A stretch of DNA of 63,724 bases, the filler included, from Klebsormidium nitens (Eukaryota > Plantae > Klebsormidiophyceae), in NCBI GenBank assembly GCA_000708835.1. It is 8 parts of 8 records of this genome, joined end to end, with 100 filler letters (N's around TTAATTAATTAA, not from the genome) between each part and the next. Parts side by side here need not be neighbours in the genome. Positions count along the whole stretch, not along the records: positions 40,689 to 56,946 come from DF238010.1; positions 57,047 to 59,446 come from DF238699.1; positions 59,547 to 61,629 come from DF238745.1; positions 61,730 to 63,724 come from DF237866.1; 4 more parts are not named here. One strand, given 5' to 3'. Both the position numbers and the translations under genes were made by a program. The number at the start of each line of letters is the position of its first letter. Position 1 is the first letter of the stretch. This document shows positions 49,801-63,724 of the stretch, piece by piece. The notes beneath the pieces are model-generated. The model saw nothing but the letters and a program-made list of their open reading frames with translations. It ran no database searches and was not told where the DNA came from.

Positions 49801-50971
49801 GGGGCGCTACTGCGCCCCGGGCTTGCGCCCGGGGGCGCAGATATTTTCCCGGGGGCGCTCCGCGCCCCATTCTGCGCCCCGCTCGCACCCCTGCTCCCAA
49901 ATCCTCTTCTGCGCCGTGCGATGATGGTTGCGGCTGGGGTGGGTGGGCCGGTACTAGGCCGGTGGTGATAATTTTACAATCGATTATCGCAGTGGTACCG
50001 CCGTAGCCTGAATGTGTCAGAGTCGGGTACAGTTGTTGTCAGTACCGTACGGTTCCGTGAATGCTTTTGTACTTTTTGTACGGTGAAATGTACCTTCATG
50101 TCAGAGGCCTCTACATGTTCAAGTTCGCAACGCGGTACCTAGCTAGCTGGTAGCTACTGCACCGGGCAGCAGCTTATAGTTATTCTGAGTCGCAACCACG
50201 GACGGCCGGGCAGCATGGGAAGTCTGATCAAATATTTCTACGCCGGAAACGGCGGAGGTGACTTTCCGGAGACTACCCTCCTAAATCACTATCGACCCAG
50301 ACTGATGAGACCCCCGTGGCAAAATTGAAGTTGCGTACCGGATACTTTCTTGTAGAGGAAGTAGTAGGTACCGTGCGACGGTTCAAGACCTGAGGTTGCG
50401 CAACCCAAACTTGGAAATCGACGGTCGACATGGACGATAAGGTCAATCGACGGTAATTTCTGCCTCATCCTGCAAAAAAATCTTTCTCTGACAGGTGGGA
50501 GGCGAAAGAGCCCTGGTCGCCGCACGTGGGCGGGGTTGTGATGTTCTTCTACAACGCTATGGCGTGATTGAATGCATGTTGACGTGTTTCGATCCGTACT
50601 ACGTGCCAGACCCGGCAATTATCATCCATGCTGCAGGCCGGTCACTGGACCATTAGATTACTCAAACCGGATCTAACATGTTGGTTTCTGCGTGCTAAAT
50701 ACCGGTGGCATGATTCGGTCTCAATCATTTGACGAGAATTTGATTTAGGCCGTGTTTGCACACCTCGTACCCCTTGACGCGTTTATGCTTCTTGCTGACG
50801 CCATGGTTTTCACTCGGCTCCGAAGTTTCAAACTCCGCCTGCTGCCCTTTTGTCTTCGGGAACAGGTGCAATCTGCTCTCCTTTCCTCCGACAGCGGCCA
50901 GAACCACTTGCTCATGGCAAGTGATGTAATTATGTACATAGTACAGCACCTAGCTTTTGACTCTATGCAAC

Positions 50972-56422
<5,451 letters not shown>

Positions 56423-57116
56423 TGCAACAACTGTTACTTTAACATCTCAGAATTAACGGCACTGCTTCTCAGAAACAACTTGCCATGAAATGCTGCACTG
56501 CTGTGCAGCTTCAATTGCAGCAATCCATCTCGTAAGCGTCAACAATTCCACGAAACATCAAGCTTTCAACCGCCAGCTATATGCGGTTAGGTACATTCGC
56601 TCGAGTTGCCCTGCATTCGCACCTAGCACACATGTGGCAGTTCTGCTTTGCCTTTGGGCATGTCAGTCAGGATACCCCTGTGAATGCCAACGATCTCGAA
56701 CACCCTTCTCCTTCCAATCAGACTGGCCTTATACTACTTTCGCCCACCAAAATTCTTCCCCTGTTGAACACAGATGTTGGGCCCATCCAGCCATATACCG
56801 TACCGCCAAGGGAATTCACCTGAAAATAAATATTTGGGGTCGGTGTGAAATTTTGAAAACTAAATGGGACCCCAAGTGCGAAAAGGTGAAACCATAAAAT
56901 AATCGAGAAAAAGGTCATTTTCCTGCTTCTCAGTGTAAGAAAAACGNNNNNNNNNNNNNNNNNNNNNNNNNNNNNNNNNNNNNNNNNNNNTTAATTAATT
57001 AANNNNNNNNNNNNNNNNNNNNNNNNNNNNNNNNNNNNNNNNNNNNTTGCGGTGATTTGGCGTGTAGTGTGTGAATTTGCGGGTATTGTGAGTCTTACTG
57101 TGAGTGTTTGACTCGG

Positions 57117-58762
57117 GGAATTGAAGTATATTGGGTGTAATTGCAATTGACTCATCAGCTGGATTTGGGTTGTACTACCTAGGGTACCTTGTGAAACTCG
57201 GCCTTGCGGCCGAGAGGGAAGGAAGTTGTAAGTGGATTGAATGCCTGTAGGCTCCACGGGGAGCAGAGCTTAGGGGCAGTCCCGAGAGGGCTGCCCTTGG
57301 AGGTGTACTTGCTTGTCTTGCACTGTATAGCTTTGTAAGGCATTGTATGAGCATTGGATTGCAGAGCATAGCATCGTCCAGCCTTCTTTAGCATTGGCAT
57401 TGCATGCTAGTATCGTGGCAAGATTGCAAATCAGATTGGCAGGCTGGTTGGGCTGACGCCACAGAGGGCGCAGCCATTTGCTTCGCTGAAAGGCTGTATT
57501 GAGCAGAGTGCAGCTGGATAGAGGGGGAGCCCGTTTAGTCGCTGACAGATTGCTGTGGGCTGACGCCATCGACGGCGCAGCTTGTCTTCTTCGCTGACAG
57601 ACTGGTTTTGAGCTGCACCACAGAGGGTGCAGCTGGTTTTTGTGCTGACAGTCTGGTTCTTGACTTGATTAACAGGCTGCAGACTGTGTGCCATCGTCGC
57701 CGCAGTGTTTTGGTTGCATGCGCCAGAGCGACAGGCTGATTTGAGTGCGCCACAGTGGGCGCAGCTGGTTGTCTTGTTGACAGGCTGTTCTCGATCAGCG
57801 TTACAGTAGGCGCAGCTCGTGTGCTTCGCTGTCAGGCTGGTTAGAAGGTGTGCAGCTGGTTTTGTGCTTGCAGAACAGGCTTACGATCAACAGAATAGCT
57901 GATGAGCAGAATGTTGTGAGTGGCATCAGTTGATTTGGTTGAGCGACAGCTGATTCGTTTGCGGATCAGGATTGTTTGAGTGTGTGCCAGGGCTGCAGAC
58001 AGGCTGATTTAGTTGNNNNNNNNNNNNNNNNNNNNGGAATTGAAGTATATTGGGTGTAATTGCCATTGACTCATCAGCTGGATTTGGGTTGTACTACCTA
58101 GGGTACCTTGTGAAACTCGGCCTTGCGGCCGAGAGGGAAGGAAGCTGTATGTGGATTGAATGCCTGTAGGCTCCACGGGGAGCAGAGCTTAGGGGCAGTC
58201 CCGAGAGGGCTGCCCTTGGAAGTGTACTTGCTTGTCATGCACTGTATAGCTTTGTAAGGCATTGTACGAGCATTGGATTGCAGAGCATAGCATTGTAAGC
58301 CTTCTTTAGCACTGGCATTGCATGCTAGTATCGTGGCAAGATTGCAAATCAGGTTGGCAGGCTGGTTGGGCTGACGCCACAGAAGGCGCAGCCATTTGCT
58401 TCGCTGACAGGCTGTATTGAGCAGAGTGCAGCTGGACAGAGGGTGCAGCCCGTTTAGTCGCTGCCAGACTGCTGTGGGCTGACGCCATCAACGGCGCAGC
58501 TTATCTTCTTCGCTGACAGACTGGTTTTGAGCTGCACCACAGAGGGTGCAGCTGGTTTTTTGTGCTGACAGTCTGGTTCTTGACTTGATTGACAGGTTGC
58601 CGACTGTTTGCCATCGTCGCCGCAGTGTTTTGGTTGCATGCGTAAGAGCGACAGGCTGATTTGAGTGCGCCACAGTGGGCGCAGCTGGTTGTCTTGTTGA
58701 CAGGCTGTTTTCAATCAGCGTTATAGTAGGCGCAGCTCGTGTGCTTCGCTGTCAGGCTGGTT
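57117..58762. repeat. Near-identical ~726-bp direct duplication (57117-57842 and 58036-58762) separated by a short gap; interior rich in (G)CAGCTG/CTGACAG motifs
   Basis: Direct alignment by eye with only scattered substitutions. Confidence 0.85.
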
Positions 58763-59286
58763 TGCATCAGCGGCAGGATGTTTTGAACATACGCAGCTGG
58801 TTACGTGGCTGATTTACGTTTACATCAGGGCCGCGCATGTCTCAGTAGCTGGCAGACTGGTCTTGCTTCCGTCTCGCTTGCGTCTGACAGGTTGACAGCT
58901 GGTTGGCATCGCTGGCAGTTTGTTTTAGCGCTGCGCCACAGGGGGCACCGCTGATTTGTATCGTCGCATCGTTTGTTTTTATCCCGTGCTTTGTTCCAGG
59001 CTGGCTGCACTGCTGACAGGGTGTTTGCTAGCGCTGATTGACTCAGTACAGTCTGATTCGTTGCATGTCAGGTTGCTTTGAGCTTGTCAGCTGAATTGTA
59101 TGGGGTAGAGCGCTGCAGCTTGCGTCAGGTTCAGCGACAGATTGTGTTTTCTAAAGCAACAATACGCTTCGTCAATTGGCTGTAGGCTCGAGTAGCTTGC
59201 AGAAAAGTTGACCCAGTGGACATTTTAAATCTGTGAACAAAATCAAACCGGCTAAACCATGGGTTCGCCACCCGTTTGTGTTTTAG

Positions 59287-59446
59287 ATGGTCCACACGGA
59301 CGACGAGCTTAGCTACAGCGCGTCGGAAGACGAAGCTCCACCCTTGGAGCCCCCAGTGCCCGAAGCCCCGACGCCGGAAGACGAGGAGCTTGAAGACGCT
59401 CCTGAGGAGGACCCAGCCCCTCCCGCCGTTACCCAACCCGTCGTCG
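59287..59446 (+). CDS. Start of an acidic/Pro-rich ORF truncated by a gap
   Basis: ATG GTC CAC ACG GAC GAC GAG...; open until the N-run; no family recognisable. Confidence 0.3.
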
Positions 59447-59571
59447 NNNNNNNNNNNNNNNNNNNNNNNNNNNNNNNNNNNNNNNNNNNNTTAATTAATT
59501 AANNNNNNNNNNNNNNNNNNNNNNNNNNNNNNNNNNNNNNNNNNNNCCAGCCATCCAGCACACTGTCAGCA

Positions 59572-60175
59572 TGTACCAAGAAATGGAGTATTAATTCTTA
59601 AGAATCTAATGGGCCTCTTTTTGGTACACTGCCAAGCTGCTGGGTATGGCTGGGCTTGCAGCCCCTAAAACGGAATGCCTGCCATCCAGCGCACAAATCA
59701 GCGTGTACCAAGAAACCGCGTATTACTTCTTAAGAATCTAATGGGCGGTTCCTGGTACATCCCGCAGGACATTGCCGGGTCTGCAGAAGCTTTGAGGCCG
59801 CTGCAGCTTTCTGGCGGCGGGACACTCGGTGACGTACTGCCAAATTCTTTCGAGTCGGGGAACGATCGTGTGTACCAAGCAATATTGCACTTCTTCTCAA
59901 AAATCTAATGGGCATTTCTCGAAACATCTTGGCAGGCATGGCCGGCCCCTTAAACGGTGTGAGCGTTTCATTTGGGAGAAAGCTCAGAGGGAGTCGCGAA
60001 CGTGTACCAAGAAACGATGTGTTACTTCTTTAGAATCTAATAGGCGTTTTTCTGGTACACCTCCGAGTTGCAGGGTATGGCCAGCCTCGACTTCCAACCA
60101 TCCAGTCCGCGATGAGCCTGTACCAGGAAACGCTGTAGTACTTCTTTAGAACCTAATGCGTGCTTTTCTGGTACA
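59572..60175. repeat. Array of five ~57-bp imperfect palindromes TGTACCA(A/G)G...(C/T)TGGTACA, homologous to 39173-39818
   Basis: Units start at 59572, 59704, 59871 (right arm decayed), 60003 and 60119; conserved core TTACTTCTT(A/T)AGAA(T/C)CTAAT. Located 5' of the plus-strand KDZ-type gene. Confidence 0.85.
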
Positions 60176-60438
60176 CCTTCAAGTTGCAGGGTGTGGGCAG
60201 CAGCTTTGGTCCTGATGGACCACACATGCCAATTGATGGTTATTAGGAATTGGGCTTTTTGCTGAAAAGAACGGTCCGCGTCAAGTTTGCAAGGTGTGGA
60301 CCAACGTTGGGCGGCCATCGGGCCCACTGCATGACGTTCAACTTTGTGTTCCGCATGATGAGCGGAATTCAGGGTTGCTGCAGAGACTCAGGGCCATCGA
60401 AACGTGCTCAAAGTCACAGCTTTCTCCTCGGTCCCAGG

Positions 60439-61629
60439 ATGAATCCAATGACGGCGTCCCGTGACGAGAAAGGACCCTCCGACATCGTTCTCGTCGCATC
60501 GACCACCCCTGCGGCCTCGGCGAGCCTGCACGAGAACCTGAAGGCCGGTCAAGCCGTCAGGAGTTGTGCGGCGGTCCACTTCGAGGGTCCGGCTCCCGTC
60601 TTCGGCGACATCAGGAGCGTTCCGGCTGCCGTTCCGCCTCTGCCAAATGCAGGAGGCGTGTTGGGCGGCCGTCCCTCCTTTGCCGCTCGACAAGGGGGGC
60701 GCGACTTCGTCTTTGATTACGGGCTGGCCTTCCAACTGCGGCACGCGGACGCCTTCACTCGGAGTGGGTTTGGCTGTGCTTGCATCGGCAGCACATGCCA
60801 TGGGAAGAACCCGGTTTATGTCCGAGGTAGGGAGCCGTTCGTCTGGGAGCGCAAGCGCAATCGGGGTGGGGCGCTCATTTGCCCGGGAGCTGGGGGGCAT
60901 CTCTTGTGCCTTCGCTGCGTGGAGGCCGAATACGACGGAGGGCGGCCCTTTGTGACGGCAGAGACAGGTGGTCCCGTTGCCAAGGAGGACCTGTTCACCA
61001 AGTTCGAGGTCTTTCCTAAGCTTGGAGAGCTGCGGCAGGCGCAGTCGGGGGAGGCGGCGGGAGAAGGGGGGCATCAATTTTATGTGCAGAGACGTGACCT
61101 CGCCCCGTGCCCATACTGTACCGAGCTCAAGGGGACTTCGAGGCGCGGGGTGAAGAGGGCGCTTGAGGGGGGGTCGGCGCCATCAGAGCTTGGCCCCATG
61201 CCAGGCATGCTACTGGAGCTCAAACGGAGTAAGGTCCCGCCGACAGCCGTTGCTCCTGGCCTCTTTCTGGTCCCGCTGATTGGGGGCTCAGACAGGCGCC
61301 TTCTGGACATCACAGTGACCGAGAGGGGGCTCGTGAACGCACCTCGGCTTGTGAGGATTGACCACACGGGGAAGTTCCTGTGCGTGTGCGGACAGAGAGG
61401 GTGCCGAGACCACGAAATGAGCTTCCTGGAGGAGACCCGTCGGCTGGACGGTTGGTGGCAGGGTGGGGTCGCAGACTTTGCGGCTTTTGAAGAGAGCCGG
61501 TCCTTTGTGCGAGAGGTCACGAGCGGCGTCTCGTGGGTCTTGCCAATCGATCAGAGCGGACGGGTTGGGGCGGTTCTCAGAGGGTCAGACGCGGCGGCGT
61601 GGCGCGGCGGGCGGCAGGTGCGAGTCTTT
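60439..61629 (+). CDS. N-terminal (Cys-rich/SWIM) part of a second KDZ/Zisupton-like transposase, open until a gap
   Basis: Colinear with 37870-39050 (PLPNAGGV, FDYG, ICPGxGGHLLCLRC, EGGHxFxVQRRDLxxCPYC, APGLFLVP, CxCGQRxCRxH, LDGWWQ) but without frameshifts. Confidence 0.7.
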
Positions 61630-61828
61630 NNNNNNNNNNNNNNNNNNNNNNNNNNNNNNNNNNNNNNNNNNNNTTAATTAATTAANNNNNNNNNNNNNNN
61701 NNNNNNNNNNNNNNNNNNNNNNNNNNNNNCTGATCGTATTGCCGCTTTATAGCTGAGGCTTTAGGGCAAACGTTACAGAGTACCTGTTTGGAGAAACTGA
61801 TGCATACCACCCAAACGAGCTGTATGCA

Positions 61829-63068
61829 TCATTGTACAGCCGCTCTCTTTAGCTTCCACACACGCCTGTCAACGGCTCGCACCAGGCTCAGGGGCAGCTC
61901 GGGATTACTGGGCCGCCCCCCTTCTTTGACCCATTGCGTGAGAGCCCTGTTCTTGGCTTCCTGAGACGAAGTATACCTGATCTCGTACGGGTACGAGGTG
62001 TGTGCGAAATAGAATCGCATCTCCTCCATTGTATCAACCAGCTTCTGGACATTGCCTTCTTCAAACCAGATGTATCGCTCACACAGCCGGGAGTCTGACC
62101 TCAACTCCAAGCCTCTGGCAGCGAGTGCCTCTCTCAACTCCTTCTCACGAGCGGCTCGATCCCATGCAGCCTCCACGACCTCATCAACGGCGAGGTGGCC
62201 GGTGAGACAGGCTGCAGCATCTTCGACATCCAGGCAGTTTACGCACCCGCCCAACGCCTCGTACAGTTTGCTTGCATTGAGTGCTGCTTCGAGGTCCTTG
62301 TCAGCACCGCTCGCCAGATACTGATCCCTGTACTGGTCCAGGATGGACTTGAGACCTCCTGTGGCAGGAGGTGCTGCCAGGTCAAAGTGTATGTAACGCT
62401 CAATGCGAGCCTTCATTCCTCGTTGGCCACCCTTCCCATTCCTCAGGAATTGATCGCAACAAACATCAAGGATGATGCGCTTGTCCGGCCTCTTGTCGAG
62501 TGCAAAGTCAGCAACGATCCGCTCAAGGACACTCTCACGCTTGGCTTTTGCAGTGCCGCCCCTGTTGAGCCCTCTCTTTGAGCGCTGATCAAGGGCACCC
62601 TGAAGCCCCTCCGGCCCGCCGTGCTTCTCAAAGGCGACTCCGAGAGCATCCTGCCACCTGTACATACTGATATCGTTGTGATAGGACCGGTGCCGGGTGC
62701 GGAGCACCGCACAGGGAGCCAAGTCTGCGTCATTCAGGAGGAGTGCTCGCTTACATTCTGTCCGGCCGACTATGCGCAGCTGTCTAGGCCCATCGGCACC
62801 CGTGCAGGTCATGCAAGCATGAAGTGAGGGATCGAATGGGAATACGAGTGACGTCCTCCTCTTGCAACCCGCACAAGGCCTCGGGGGTCTGAACGGACAC
62901 CCCCGGCTGCGTTCCAGCACGGTAGTTCCCTTTCTTCTCGGCCCAGGCATCCCTTGCTACTTGCCGGAACTCCCGTGATACCGGAGCAATTGCAAGCAGC
63001 AGATCCTGTCCCATATCGGAGTGATGTTGCAAGAGGTCGGGTAGGAGGTGAGCAATGGCTGTTGCCAT
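61829..63068 (-). CDS. XPA-like zinc-finger protein with F-box-like N-terminus (joined across one frameshift near 62890-62950) and an extra C-terminal domain
   Basis: CAGCKRRTSLVFPF...ACMTC, VGRTECKRALLLNDADL, MYRWQDALGVAFEKHGGPE (XPA-like, homologous to 36729-37172). C-terminal REKELREALAARGLELRSDSRLCERYI...DTMEEMRFYFAHTSY. Upstream MATAIAHLLPDLL...LLLAIAPVSREFRQVARDAW is in another frame. Confidence 0.6.
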
Positions 63069-63188
63069 TGCTCTCGTGGGTCCATAAGAATCTGGAGCAG
63101 CTGGCCGCAGCCTGGGATGGATCAATCAATGGACATCGTCCGTTGATTGCATGGCGTGCAACGAGCTGGGTCTCAAGACAGGCAACAC

Positions 63189-63724
63189 GCATGGCGCGCA
63201 AACACGGAGGTTTCAGAGCTCTCCCCTAGGAGGGAATCAGGGTGTTTGAGATTCTGAAATACTTTTGAAAGTTCCGCTCCATCTGCGCATCTGCGGGGCG
63301 TGCCGTCGACTCTAACATCTTTTATTATGCCGGGGATGCACTGCGCGCATGGCGCGCAAACACGGAGGATTCAGAGCTCTCCCCTAGGAAGGAATAAGGG
63401 TGTTTGAGATTCTGAAATACTTTTGAAAGTTCCGCTCCATCTGCGTATGCCCGGTCAGCAAGTCCAAGTCCAAGTTTCCTTCCGAGCTATTTTTCCGCAG
63501 GCATTTATGCCAATTGCCAATGCAGTGCCCGGTATGCAAGTCCAAGTCCAAGTCCAAGTATCTCACCGGGCACTGATTTCACTGGCATTTTCGCCAATGC
63601 GGTGCCCGGTAGCGCCTCCAAAGTCCAACCAAGTCCAAGTTTCTCACCGGGCACTATTTTTACAGGCATTTGCGCCAATGCAGTGCCCGGTAGCGCCTCC
63701 AAGTCTAAGTCCAGGTCCAAGTCC
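63189..63724. repeat. Two ~99-bp direct repeats (63189-63287, 63347-63445) followed by ~75-bp tandem units built from AAGTCC hexamers and CACCGGGCACT / TGCCCGGT motifs
   Basis: Direct sequence inspection; the array runs off the window end. Confidence 0.8.

Larger units (their letters stand above)
44987..49893 (-). mobile_element. hAT-superfamily DNA transposon, ~4.9 kb, with TIRs and 8-bp target-site duplication
   Basis: CAGGGGTGCG at 44987 and CGCACCCCTG ending at 49893; CTCCCAAA duplicated at 44979-44986 and 49894-49901. Contains a hAT transposase and an internal N-gap. Confidence 0.92.

Noticed and set aside
49378-49968. 196-aa Gly/Pro/Arg-rich ORF and overlapping ORFs
   Set aside because: They are translations of the GC-rich subterminal repeats and TIR of the hAT element.
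59572-60175. True CRISPR array
   Set aside because: The inter-repeat segments are homologous to one another (shared CAGGGTATGGC and CCATCCAG motifs) rather than unique spacers, the units are degenerate, there are no cas genes, and the context is eukaryotic. Reported instead as a hairpin array.

Overview
Eukaryotic, intron-rich, GC-rich nuclear DNA from a green plant lineage. A plastid-type UPRT and a COR27-like motif suggest a streptophyte alga such as Klebsormidium (inference). The assembly is gapped, with N-runs joined by TTAATTAATTAA linkers. Ordinary host genes are a COR27/28-motif protein, a multi-pass membrane protein with a duplicated last exon, a tail-to-tail pair of MYND-finger paralogues, plastid uracil phosphoribosyltransferase (UPP) and ecdysoneless (ECD). 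They are interleaved with a dense mobile-element cluster: (1) a decayed gag-like retroelement; (2) an intronless, capsid-less module with a tyrosine recombinase, a Prim-Pol/SF3-helicase fusion, a small Cys/Tyr-rich ORF and ori-like iteron repeats, organised like a phage satellite or a Polinton-like-virus replication module; (3) three pieces of KDZ (Kyakuja-Dileera-Zisupton)-type transposase genes. In the most complete KDZ copy an XPA-like zinc-finger gene lies antisense inside the transposase intron. A second copy has a homologous antisense XPA-like gene at a comparable position, and both copies are preceded by homologous arrays of ~55-bp imperfect palindromes; (4) an apparently intact hAT transposon with TIRs and a perfect 8-bp TSD. 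All family assignments come from motif recognition by eye; no database searches were run.
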